Source: Nemertoderma westbladi
Lineage: Eukaryota > Animalia > Xenacoelomorpha
Assembly (NCBI GenBank): GCA_032718475.1
Contig: JAUCBJ010007443.1
Location: 25,500 to 89,499, forward strand
Length of the DNA stretch: 64,000 bases
Direction of reading: 5' to 3'
Part shown: positions 15,001 to 28,100 of the stretch, one piece after another
Layout of the letters: each line of letters begins with the position of its first letter
Position numbering within the stretch: the stretch's first letter is position 1
Notes under the pieces: model-generated
Told to the model about the DNA's origin: nothing
The model's input: only the letters and a program-made list of their open reading frames with translations
Databases searched by the model: none
Program-made: the position numbers and the translations under genes

Positions 15001-18000
15001 TTACAGTGTCGGCCGTGTTCCTATCAGTCCCACAGTACAGTTGGTTGTACACGTACAGGAGTTACAGTATCGGCAGTGTTCCTATCAGTCCCACAGTACA
15101 GTTGGTTGTACACGTACAGGAGTTACAGTGTCGGACATGTTCCTATCAGTCCCACAGTACAGTTGGTTGTACACGTACAGGAGTTACAGTGTCGGCCGTG
15201 TTCCTATCCGTCCCACAGTACAGTTGGTTGTACACGTACAGGAGTTACAGTGTCGGCCGTGTTCCAATCAGTCCCACAGTACAGTTGGTTGTACACGTAC
15301 AGGAGTTACAGTGTCGGCCGTGTTCCTATCAGTCCCACAGTACAGTTGGTTGTACACGTACAGGAGTTACAGTGTCGGCCGTGTTCCAATCAGTCCCACA
15401 GTACAGTTGGTTGTACACGTACAGGAGTTACAGTGTCGGCCGTGTTCCAATCAGTCCCACAGTAGAGTTGGTTGTACACGTACAGGAGTTACAGTGTCGG
15501 CCGTGTTCCTATCCGTCCCACAGTACAGTGGGTTGTACACGTACAGGAGTTACAGTGTCGGCCGTGTTCCAATCAGTCCCACAGTACAGTTGGTTGTACA
15601 CGTACAGGAGTTAAAGTGTCGGCCATGTTCCTATCAGTCCCACAGTACAGTTGGTTGTACACGTACAGGAGTTACAGTGTCGGCCATGTTCCTATCAGTC
15701 CCACAGTACAGTTGGTTGTACACGTACAGGAGTTACAGTGTCGGCCATGTTCCTATCAGTCCCACAGTACAGTTGGTTGTACACGTACAGGAGTTACAGT
15801 GTCGGCCATGTTCCTATCAGTCCCACAGTACAGTTGGTTGTACACGTACAGGAGTTACAGTGTCGGCCATGTTCCTATCAGTCCCACAGTACAGTTGGTT
15901 GTACACGTACAGGAGTTACAGTATCGAACATGTTCCTATCAGTCCCACAGTACAGTTGGTTGTACACGTACAGGAGTTACAGTGTCGGCCATGTTCCTAT
16001 CAGTCCCACAGTACAGTTGGTTGTACACGTACAGGAGTTACAGTATCGAACATGTTCCTATCAGTCCCACAGTACAGTTGGTTGTACACGTACAGGAGTT
16101 ACAGTGTCGGCCATGTTCCTATCAGTCCCACAGTACAGTTGGTTGTACACGTACAGGAGTTACAGTGTCGGCCGTGTTCCAATCAGTCCCACAGTACAGT
16201 TGGTTGTACACGTACAGGAGTTACAGTATCGAACATGTTCCTATCAGTCCCACAGTACAGTTGGTTGTACACGTACAGGAGTTACAGTATCGAACATGTT
16301 CCTATCAGTCCCACAGTACAGTTGGTTGTACACGTACAGGAGTTACAGTGTCGGCCGTGTTCCTATCAGTCCCACAGTACAGTTGGTTGTACACGTGTAC
16401 AGGAGTTACAGTATCGAACATGTTCCTATCAGTCCCACAGTACAGTTGGTTGTACACGTACAGGAGTTACAGTGTCGGCCGTGTTCCAATCAGTCCCACA
16501 GTACAGTTGGTTGTACACGTACAGGAGTTACAGTGTCGGCCGTGTTCCAATCAGTCCCACAGTACAGTTGGTTGTACACGTGTACAGGAGTTACAGTATC
16601 GAACATGTTCCTATCAGTCCCACAGTACAGTTGGTTGTACACGTACAGGAGTTACAGTGTCGGCCGTGTTCCTATCAGTCCCACAGTACAGTTGGTTGTA
16701 CGTACACGTACAGGAGTTACAGTATCGGCCGTGTTCCAATCAGTCCCACAGTACAGTTGGTTGTACACGTACAGGAGTTACAGTGTCGGCCGTGTTCCAA
16801 TCAGTCCCACAGTACAGTTGGTTGTACACGTACAGGAGTTACAGTGTCGGCCGTGTTGCAATCAGTCCCACAGTACAGTTGGTTGTACACGTACAGGAGT
16901 TACAGTGCCGGCCGTGTTCCAATCAGTCCCACAGTACAGTTGGTTGTACACGTACAGGAGTTACAGTGTCGGCCGTGTTCCAATCAGTCCCACAGTACAG
17001 TTGGTTGTACACGTACAGGAGTTACAGTGTCGGCCGTGTTCCTATCAGTCCCACAGTACAGTTGGTTGTACACGTACAGGAGTTACAGTATCGGCCGTGT
17101 TGCAATCAGTCCCACAGTACAGTTGGTTGTACACGTACAGGAGTTACAGTGTCGGCCGTGTTCCTATCAGTCCCACAGTACAGTTGGTTGTACACGTACA
17201 GGAGTTACAGTGTCGGCCGTGTTCCAATCAGTCCCACAGTACAGTTGGTTGTACACGTACAGGAGTTACAGTGCCGGCCGTGTTCCAATCAGTCCCACAG
17301 TACAGTTGGTTGTACACGTACAGGAGTTACAGTGTCGGCCGTGTTGCAATCAGTCCCACAGTACAGTTGGTTGTACACGTACAGGAGTTACAGTGTCGGC
17401 CGTGTTCCTATCAGTCCCACAGTACAGTTGGTTGTACACGTACAGGAGTTACAGTGTCGGCCGTGTTGCAATCAGTCCCACAGTACAGTTGGTTGTACAC
17501 GTACAGGAGTTACAGTGTCGGCCGTGTTGCAATCAGTCCCACAGTACAGTTGGTTGTACACGTACAGGAGTTACAGTGTCGGCCGTGTTGCAATCAGTCC
17601 CACAGTACAGTTGGTTGTACACGTACAGGAGTTACAGTGTCGGCCGTGTTCCAATCAGTCCCACAGTACAGTTGGTTGTACACGTACAGGAGTTACAGTG
17701 TCGGCCGTGTTCCTATCAGTCCCACAGTACAGTTGGTTGTACACGTACAGGAGTTACAGTATCGAACATGTTCCAATCAGTCCCACAGTACAGTTGGTTG
17801 TACACGTACAGGAGTTACAGTGCCGGCCGTGTTCCTCCTATCCGTCCCACAGTACAGTTGGTTGTACACGTACAGGAGTTACAGTGTCGGCAGTGTTCCT
17901 ATCAGTCCCACAGTACAGTTGGTTGTACACGTACAGGAGTTACAGTGTCGGACATGTTCCTATCAGTCCCACAGTACAGTTGGTTGTACACGTACAGGAG

Positions 18001-21000
18001 TTACAGTGTCGGCAGTGTTCCTATCAGTCCCACAGTACAGTTGGTTGTACACGTACAGGAGTTACAGTGTCGGCAGTGTTCCTATCAGTCCCACAGTACA
18101 GTTGGTTGTACACGTACAGGAGTTACAGTGTCGGACATGTTCCTATCAGTCCCACAGTACAGTTGGTTGTACACGTACAGGAGTTACAGTGTCGGCCGTG
18201 TTCCAATCAGTCCCACAGTACAGTTGGTTGTACACGTACAGGAGTTACAGTGTCGGCCGTGTTCCAATCAGTCCCACAGTACAGTTGGTTGTACACGTGT
18301 ACAGGAGTTACAGTGTCGGCCGTGTTCCAATCAGTCCCACAGTACAGTTGGTTGTACACGTGTACAGGAGTTACAGTGCCGGCCGTGTTCCAATCAGTCC
18401 CACAGTACAGTTGGTTGTACACGTACAGGAGTTACAGTATCGAACATGTTCCAATCAGTCCCACAGTACAGTTGGTTGTACACGTACAGGAGTTACAGTG
18501 CCGGCCGTGTTCCAATCAGTCCCACAGTACAGTTGGTTGTACACGTACAGGAGTTACAGTGTCGGCCATGTTCCTATCAGTCCCACAGTACATGTACAGT
18601 TGGTTGTACACGTACAGGAGTTACAGTGTCGAACATGTTCCAATCAGTCCCACAGTACAGTTGGTTGTACACGTACAGGAGTTACAGTATCGGCCGTGTT
18701 CCAATCAGTCCCACAGTACAGTTGGTTGTACACGTACAGGAGTTACAGTATCGAACATGTTCCAATCAGTCCCACAGTACAGTTGGTTGTACACGTACAG
18801 GAGTTACAGTATCGGCCGTGTTCCAATCAGTCCCACAGTACAGTTGGTTGTACACGTACAGGAGTTACAGTGTCGGCCGTGTTCCTATCAGTCCCACAGT
18901 ACAGTTGGTTGTACACGTACAGGAGTTACAGTGTCGGCCATGTTCCAATCAGTCCCACAGTACAGTTGGTTGTACAATGTACACGTACAGGAGTTACAGT
19001 GCCGGCCGTGTTCCAATCAGTCCCACAGTACAGTTGGTTGTACACGTACAGGAGTTACAGTGTCGGCCGTGTTCCTATCAGTCCCACAGTACAGTTGGTT
19101 GTACACGTACAGGAGTTACAGTGTCGGCCGTGTTCCAATCAGTCCCACAGTATAGTTGGTTGTACACGTACAGGAGTTACAGTGTCGGCCGTGTTCCTAT
19201 CAGTCCCACAGTACAGTTGGTTGTACACGTACAGGAGTTACAGTGTCGGCCGTGTTGCAATCAGTCCCACAGTACAGTTGGTTGTACACGTACAGGAGTT
19301 ACAGTATCGGCCGTGTTCCAATCAGTCCCACAGTACAGTTGGTTGTACACGTACAGGAGTTACAGTGTCGGCCGTGTTCCAATCAGTCCCACAGTACAGT
19401 TGGTTGTACACGTACAGGAGTTACAGTGTCGGACATGTTCCTATCAGTCCCACAGTACAGTTGGTTGTACACGTACAGGAGTTACAGTGTCGGCCGTGTT
19501 CCAATCAGTCCCACAGTACAGTTGGTTGTACAATGTACACGTACAGGAGTTACAGTGTCGGCCGTGTTCCTATCCGTCCCACAGTACAGTTGGTTGTACA
19601 CGTACAGGAGTTACAGTGTCGGCCATGTTCCAATCAGTCCCACAGTACAGTTGGTTGTACAATGTACACGTACAGGAGTTACAGTGCCGGCCGTGTTCCA
19701 ATCAGTCCCACAGTACAGTTGGTTGTACAATGTACACGTACAGGAGTTACAGTGCCGGCCGTGTTCCAATCAGTCCCACAGTACAGTTGGTTGTACACGT
19801 ACAGGAGTTACAGTGTCGGCCATGTTCCTATCAGTCCCACAGTACAGTTGGTTGTACACGTACAGGAGTTACAGTGTCGGCCGTGTTCCTATCAGTCCCA
19901 CAGTACAGTTGGTTGTACACGTACAGGAGTTACAGTGTCGGCAGTGTTCCAATCAGTCCCACAGTACAGTTGGTTGTACACGTACAGGAGTTACAGTGTC
20001 GGCCGTGTTCCTATCCGTCCCACAGTACAGTTGGTTGTACACGTACAGGAGTTACAGTGTCGGCCGTGTTCCAATCAGTCCCACAGTACAGTTGGTTGTA
20101 CACGTACAGGAGTTACAGTGTCGGCCGTGTTCCTATCCGTCCCACAGTACAGTTGGTTGTACACGTACAGGAGTTACAGTGTCGGCCGTGTTCCAATCAG
20201 TCCCACAGTACAGTTGGTTGTACACGTACAGGAGTTACAGTGTCGGCAGTGTTCCAATCAGTCCCACAGTACAGTTGGTTGTACACGTACAGGAGTTACA
20301 GTGTCGGCCGTGTTCCTATCCGTCCCACAGTACAGTTGGTTGTACACGTACAGGAGTTACAGTGTCGGCCGTGTTCCAATCAGTCCCACAGTACAGTTGG
20401 TTGTACACGTACAGGAGTTACAGTGTCGGCCGTGTTCCTATCAGTCCCACAGTACAGTTGGTTGTACACGTACAGGAGTTACAGTATCGGCCGTGTTCCT
20501 ATCAGTCCCACAGTACAGTTGGTTGTACACGTACAGGAGTTACAGTGCCGGCCGTGTTCCAATCAGTCCCACAGTACAGTTGGTTGTACACGTACAGGAG
20601 TTACAGTGTCGGCCATGTTCCTATCAGTCCCACAGTACAGTTGGTTGTACACGTACAGGAGTTACAGTGTCGGCCGTGTTCCAATCAGTCCCACAGTACA
20701 GTTGGTTGTACACGTACAGGAGTTACAGTGTCGGCCGTGTTCCAATCAGTCCCACAGTACAGTTGGTTGTACACGTACAGGAGTTACAGTGTCGGCCGTG
20801 TTCCAATCAGTCCCACAGTACAGTTGGTTGTACACGTGTACAGGAGTTACAGTGTCGGCCGTGTTCCAATCAGTCCCACAGTACAGTTGGTTGTACACGT
20901 ACAGGAGTTACAGTGTCGGCCGTGTTCCAATCAGTCCCACAGTACAGTTGGTTGTACACGTGTACAGGAGTTACAGTGCCGGCCGTGTTCCAATCAGTCC

Positions 21001-23762
21001 CACAGTACAGTTGGTTGTACACGTACAGGAGTTACAGTGTCGGCCGTGTTCCTATCAGTCCCACAGTACAGTTGGTTGTACACGTACAGGAGTTACAGTG
21101 TCGGCCGTGTTCCTATCAGTCCCACAGTACAGTTGGTTGTACACGTACAGGAGTTACAGTGCCGGCCGTGTTCCAATCAGTCCCACAGTACAGTTGGTTG
21201 TACACGTACAGGAGTTACAGTGTCGGCAGTGTTCCTATCAGTCCCACAGTACAGTTGGTTGTACACGTACAGGAGTTACAGTGTCGGCCGTGTTCCTATC
21301 AGTCCCACAGTACAGTTGGTTGTACACGTACAGGAGTTACAGTGCCGGCCGTGTTCCAATCAGTCCCACAGTACAGTTGGTTGTACACGTACAGGAGTTA
21401 CAGTGTCGGCCGTGTTCCAATCAGTCCCACAGTACAGTTGGTTGTACACGTACAGGAGTTACAGTGTCGGCAGTGTTCCTATCAGTCCCACAGTACAGTT
21501 GGTTGTACACGTACAGGAGTTACAGTGTCGGCCATGTTCCTATCAGTCCCACAGTACAGTTGGTTGTACACGTACATGAGTTACAGTGTCGGCCGTGTTC
21601 CAATCAGTCCCACAGTACAGTTGGTTGTACACGTACAGGAGTTACAGTGTCGGCCGTGTTCCAATCAGTCCCACAGTACAGTTGGTTGTACACGTGTACA
21701 GGAGTTACAGTGTCGGCCGTGTTCCAATCAGTCCCACAGTACAGTTGGTTGTACACGTACAGGAGTTACAGTGTCGGCCGTGTTCCAATCAGTCCCACAG
21801 TACAGTTGGTTGTACACGTACAGGAGTTACAGTATCGAACATGTTCCAATCAGTCCCACAGTACAGTTGGTTGTACACGTACAGGAGTTACAGTGTCGGC
21901 CGTGTTCCTATCAGTCCCACAGTACAGTTGGTTGTACACGTACAGGAGTTACAGTGCCGGCCGTGTTCCAATCAGTCCCACAGTACAGTTGGTTGTACAC
22001 GTACAGGAGTTACAGTGTCGGCCGTGTTCCAATCAGTCCCACAGTACAGTTGGTTGTACACGTACAGGAGTTACAGTGTCGGCAGTGTTCCTATCAGTCC
22101 CACAGTACAGTTGGTTGTACACGTACAGGAGTTACAGTGTCGGCCATGTTCCTATCAGTCCCACAGTACAGTTGGTTGTACACGTACATGAGTTACAGTG
22201 TCGGCCGTGTTCCAATCAGTCCCACAGTACAGTTGGTTGTACACGTACAGGAGTTACAGTGTCGGCCGTGTTCCAATCAGTCCCACAGTACAGTTGGTTG
22301 TACACGTGTACAGGAGTTACAGTGTCGGCCGTGTTCCAATCAGTCCCACAGTACAGTTGGTTGTACACGTACAGGAGTTACAGTGTCGGCCGTGTTCCAA
22401 TCAGTCCCACAGTACAGTTGGTTGTACACGTACAGGAGTTACAGTATCGAACATGTTCCAATCAGTCCCACAGTACAGTTGGTTGTACACGTACAGGAGT
22501 TACAGTGTCGGCCGTGTTCCAATCAGTCCCACAGTACAGTTGGTTGTACACGTACAGGAGTTACAGTGTCGGCCGTGTTCCAATCAGTCCCACAGTACAG
22601 TTGGTTGTACACGTACAGGAGTTACAGTGTCGGCCATGTTCCAATCAGTCCCACAGTACAGTTGGTTGTACACGTACAGGAGTTACAGTGTCGGCCGTGT
22701 TCCAATCAGTCCCACAGTACAGTTGGTTGTACACGTACAGGAGTTACAGTGTCGGCCATGTTCCAATCAGTCCCACAGTACAGTTGGTTGTACACGTACA
22801 GGAGTTACAGTGTCGGCCGTGTTCCAATCAGTCCCACAGTACAGTTGGTTGTACACGTACAGGAGTTACAGTGTCGGCCATGTTCCAATCAGTCCCACAG
22901 TACAGTTGGTTGTACACGTACAGGAGTTACAGTGTCGGCCATGTTCCAATCAGTCCCACAGTACAGTTGGTTGTACACGTACAGGAGTTACAGTATCGAA
23001 CATGTTCCAATCAGTCCCACAGTACAGTTGGTTGTACACGTACAGGAGTTACAGTGTCGGCCGTGTTCCAATCAGTCCCACAGTACAGTTGGTTGTACAC
23101 GTACAGGAGTTACAGTATCGAACATGTTCCAATCAGTCCCACAGTACAGTTGGTTGTACACGTACAGGAGTTACAGTGTCGGCCGTGTTCCAATCAGTCC
23201 CACAGTACAGTTGGTTGTACACGTACAGGAGTTACAGTGTCGGCCGTGTTCCTATCCGTCCCACAGTACAGTTGGTTGTACACGTACAGGAGTTACAGTG
23301 TCGGCCGTGTTCCAATCAGTCCCACAGTACAGTTGGTTGTACACGTACAGGAGTTACAGTATCGAACATGTTCCAATCAGTCCCACAGTACAGTTGGTTG
23401 TACACGTACAGGAGTTACAGTGTCGGCCGTGTTCCTATCCGTCCCACAGTACAGTTGGTTGTACACGTACAGGAGTTACAGTGACGGCCGTGTTCCAATC
23501 AGTCCCACAGTACAGTTGGTTGTACACGTACAGGAGTTACAGTATCGAACATGTTCCAATCAGTCCCACAGTACAGTTGGTTGTACACGTACAGGAGTTA
23601 CAGTATCGAACATGTTCCAATCAGTCCCACAGTACAGTTGGTTGTACACGTACAGGAGTTACAGTATCGAACATGTTCCAATCAGTCCCACAGTACAGTT
23701 GGTTGTACACGTACAGGAGTTACAGTATCGAACATGTTCCAATCAGTCCCACAGTACAGTTG
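1..23762. repeat. 61-bp tandem satellite/minisatellite, left array (~390 units, runs off the window start)
   Basis: Consensus GTACAGGAGTTACAGTGTCGGCCGTGTTCC(A/T)ATCAGTCCCACAGTACAGTTGGTTGTACAC repeats head-to-tail, with 48-bp (13-bp deletion) and 63-bp (+GT) length variants. Confidence 0.99.
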
Positions 23763-23771
23763 TAGTGTTGA

Positions 23772-23942
23772 GAACTGTAACTGTAATTATACTGTAACTG
23801 CAACTGTAACTGAATGGTTTTGATGATTTTTTTGATACTGTAACTATAACTGTAACTGTAATTGCGAATTTTGAATACTGTAACTGTAACTGAAACTGTA
23901 ATTACGAATTTTGAATACTGTAACTGTAACTGAAACTGAAAT
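23772..23942. repeat. (ACTGTA/ACTGAA)n subterminal repeat array, left
   Basis: Runs such as ACTGTAACTGTAACTGAAACTG separated by GAATTTTGAAT spacers. Confidence 0.9.
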
Positions 23943-24884
23943 TAACAAAATCCGATTCAGTTCTCAATCACACAATTAACATGAATGAGCATTTAAAACA
24001 GTATTGTAATAAAGTATAGAGTATAGTTTAATAAATGAATAACAGTGGTTACCATAGGTATCATTTTTAAAACATTGTTATAAAAAAACAATCTAATTTT
24101 TTCCACTTCTGAACAAAACCATAATATTACACAATATAAAATCAAAGACCCATTGCCCACTTAGCTCAAATGTGATTTATTTGGCGAGTCAAGTAGTGAA
24201 CGAAGATCTACAGTAGCATATAGTCTATGTTTATCTGTCTCAACTATTAGACTATTATCAGCCTTATCACCACTTTTGCTTCATATTAAATGTAAATGTT
24301 TTAGATAAACAAAGAAAAGTTAGGCCTAATGGTAGAGGGATATTAACGGATATATATTTTACATTATTAATTATTAATGTTACCGGTACTATTAATATCA
24401 CAATCACACTAGAGGCACAATGGAAATTAAATTTTGATCAAGTTTACCATTATAAATTACAAAATTAAACTTAAAAGTGAAAGGAGCAGCTTATCGAGGT
24501 GGGTCTAACCAAAACAATAAATATATGATTACTAAAACAAATTACGAATTAAGGAAAATGAGCAGGATTCAGAAGCATGGCTTTATAACCAAAACAATAA
24601 ATGATAACAGTACTGTACAAGCACTGAAACAAGATGTGCAGTAAAATGTGGGTGCTTAGTGTGATCTTGTGACGTGCCACTTTCATTACTTACTATCAGT
24701 ATATTAGTTACAAAATATTACCATAGAGTGGGTCCAACTTTCCTACAACAACTACCTATTAGCTCTAGAAAGAGGACGTTTCGTAATGAACATTATTATT
24801 AGCGTATATAACAGTAATATATTAAAGTGCCTCATTTTTAGTTTCAGATGACTGCTTACTACATGAGATCATATATATTGAATC

Positions 24885-25075
24885 TATAACTGAAACTGTA
24901 ACTGAAACTGAAATGCTCAATTTTGTAATACTGAAACTGTAACTGTAACTGAAATGTTACACTTTGTAATACTGAAACTGTAACTGTAACTGAAATGCAA
25001 AACTTTGAATACTGAAACTGTAACTGTAACTGAAATGCAAAACTTTGAATACTGAAACTGTAACTGTAACTGAAA
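24885..25075. repeat. (ACTGTA/ACTGAA)n subterminal repeat array, right
   Basis: ~39-bp units AATACTGAAACTGTAACTGTAACTGAAATG..., in the same orientation as the left array. Confidence 0.9.
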
Positions 25076-25106
25076 TTAGTCAAAATTGATTCAGTTCCTC
25101 AACACA

Positions 25107-28100
25107 TACAGTTGGTTGTACACGTACAGGAGTTACAGTGTCGGCCATGTTCCTAATCAGTCCCACAGTACAGTTGGTTGTACACGTACAGGAGTTACAG
25201 TGTCGGCCGTGTTCCAATCAGTCCCACAGTACAGTTGGTTGTACACGTACAGGAGTTACAGTATCGAACATGTTCCAATCAGTCCCACAGTACAGTTGGT
25301 TGTACACGTACAGGAGTTACAGTGTCGGCCATGTTCCAATCAGTCCCACAGTACAGTTGGTTGTACACGTACAGGAGTTACAGTGTCGGCCATGTTCTAA
25401 TCAGTCCCACAGTACAGTTGGTTGTACACGTACAGGAGTTACAGTGTCGGCCGTGTTCCTATCAGTCCCACAGTACAGTTGGTTGTACACGTACAGGAGT
25501 TACAGTATCGAACATGTTCCTATCAGTCCCACAGTACAGTTGGTTGTACACGTACAGGAGTTACAGTGTCGGCAGTGTTCCAATCAGTCCCACAGTACAG
25601 TTGGTTGTACACGTACAGGAGTTACAGTATCGAACATGTTCCAATCAGTCCCACAGTACAGTTGGTTGTACACGTACAGGAGTTACAGTGTCGGCCGTGT
25701 TCCTAATCAGTCCCACAGTACAGTTGGTTGTACACGTACAGGAGTTACAGTATCGAACATGTTCCAATCAGTCCCACAGTACAGTTGGTTGTACACGTAC
25801 AGGAGTTACAGTGTCGGCCGTGTTCCAATCAGTCCCACAGTACAGTTGGTTGTACACGTACAGGAGTTACAGTGTCGGCCATGTTCCAATCAGTCCCACA
25901 GTACAGTTGGTTGTACACGTACAGGAGTTACAGTGTCGGCCATGTTCCTATCAGTCCCACAGTACAGTTGGTTGTACACGTACAGGAGTTACAGTGTCGG
26001 CCGTGTTCCAATCAGTCCCACAGTACAGTTGGTTGTACACGTACAGGAGTTACAGTGTCGGCCATGTTCCTAATCAGTCCCACAGTACAGTTGGTTGTAC
26101 ACGTACAGGAGTTACAGTGTCGGCAGTGTTCCAATCAGTCCCACAGTACAGTTGGTTGTACACGTACAGGAGTTACAGTATCGAACATGTTCCAATCAGT
26201 CCCACAGTACAGTTGGTTGTACACGTACAGGAGTTACAGTGTCGGCCATGTTCTAATCAGTCCCACAGTACAGTTGGTTGTACACGTACAGGAGTTACAG
26301 TGTCGGCCGTGTTCCTATCAGTCCCACAGTACAGTTGGTTGTACACGTACAGGAGTTACAGTGTCGGCCATGTTCCAATCAGTCCCACAGTACAGTTGGT
26401 TGTACACGTACAGGAGTTACAGTGTCGGCCGTGTTCCAATCAGTCCCACAGTACAGTTGGTTGTACACGTACAGGAGTTACAGTGTCGGCCGTGTTCCAA
26501 TCAGTCCCACAGTACAGTTGGTTGTACACGTACAGGAGTTACAGTGTCGGCCGTGTTCCTATCAGTCCCACAGTACAGTTGGTTGTACACGTACAGGAGT
26601 TACAGTGTCGGCAGTGTTCCAATCAGTCCCACAGTACAGTTGGTTGTACACGTACAGGAGTTACAGTATCGAACATGTTCCAATCAGTCCCACAGTACAG
26701 TTGGTTGTACACGTACAGGAGTTACAGTGCCGGCCATGTTCTAATCAGTCCCACAGTACAGTTGGTTGTACACGTACAGGAGTTACAGTGTCGGCAGTGT
26801 TCCAATCAGTCCCACAGTACAGTTGGTTGTACACGTACAGGAGTTACAGTATCGAACATGTTCCAATCAGTCCCACAGTACAGTTGGTTGTACACGTACA
26901 TGAGTTACAGTATCGGCCGTGTTCCTATCCGTCCCACAGTACAGTTGGTTGTACACGTACAGGAGTTACAGTGCCGGCCGTGTTCCTATCCGTCCCACAG
27001 TACAGTTGGTTGTACACGTACAGGAGTTACAGTGTCGGTCGTGTTCCAATCAGTCCCACAGTACAGTTGGTTGTACACGTACAGGAGTTACAGTGTCGGC
27101 CGTGTTCCAATCAGTCCCACAGTACAGTTGGTTGTACACGTACAGGAGTTACAGTGCCGGAGTCCCACAGTACAGTTGGTTGTACACGTACAGGAGTTAC
27201 AGTGTCGGCCATGTTCCTATCCGTCCCACAGTACAGTTGGTTGTACACGTACAGGAGTTACAGTGTCGGTCGTGTTCCAATCAGTCCCACAGTACAGTTG
27301 GTTGTACACGTACAGGAGTTACAGTGTCGGCCGTGTTCCAATCAGTCCCACAGTACAGTTGGTTGTACACGTACAGGAGTTACAGTATCGAACATGTTCC
27401 TATCCGTCCCACAGTACAGTTGGTTGTACACGTACAGGAGTTACAGTGTCGGCCGTGTTCCAATCAGTCCCACAGTACAGTTGGTTGTACACGTACAGGA
27501 GTTACAGTGTCGGCCGTGTTCCTATCAGTCCCACAGTACAGTTGGTTGTACACGTACAGGAGTTACAGTGTCGGCCGTGTTCCTATCAGTCCCACAGTAC
27601 AGTTGGTTGTACACGTACAGGAGTTACAGTGCCGGCCGTGTTCCAATCAGTCCCACAGTACAGTTGGTTGTACACGTACAGGAGTTACAGTGTCGGCCGT
27701 GTTCCTATCCGTCCCACAGTACAGTTGGTTGTACACGTACAGGAGTTACAGTGTCGGCCGTGTTCCTATCAGTCCCACAGTACAGTTGGTTGTACACGTA
27801 CAGGAGTTACAGTGTCGGCCGTGTTCCTATCAGTCCCACAGTACAGTTGGTTGTACACGTACAGGAGTTACAGTGCCGGCCGTGTTCCAATCAGTCCCAC
27901 AGTACAGTTGGTTGTACACGTACAGGAGTTACAGTGTCGGCCGTGTTCCTATCAGTCCCACAGTACAGTTGGTTGTACACGTACAGGAGTTACAGTGTCG
28001 GCCGTGTTCCTATCCGTCCCACAGTACAGTTGGTTGTACACGTACAGGAGTTACAGTGTCGGCCGTGTTCCTATCAGTCCCACAGTACAGTTGGTTGTAC

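Larger units (their letters stand above)
23763..25106. mobile_element. Non-autonomous hAT-like DNA transposon (MITE) inserted in the satellite
   Basis: Imperfect TIRs TAGTGTTGAGAACTG (23763-) and CAGTTCCTCAACACA (-25106). 8-bp TSD TACAGTTG at 23755-23762 and 25107-25114. Subterminal ACTGTA/ACTGAA arrays at both ends and an AT-rich non-coding core. An 8-bp TSD with a TAG terminus is typical of hAT. Confidence 0.75.

Noticed and set aside
199-18422. 71-aa - strand ORFs MYNQLYCGTD...
   Set aside because: They arise wherever two 63-bp variant units are adjacent and keep the frame, so they are repeat artefacts.
24859-25083. 74-aa ORF rich in FSYSYS/LQLQFQ
   Set aside because: It is a translation of the ACTGTA microsatellite.
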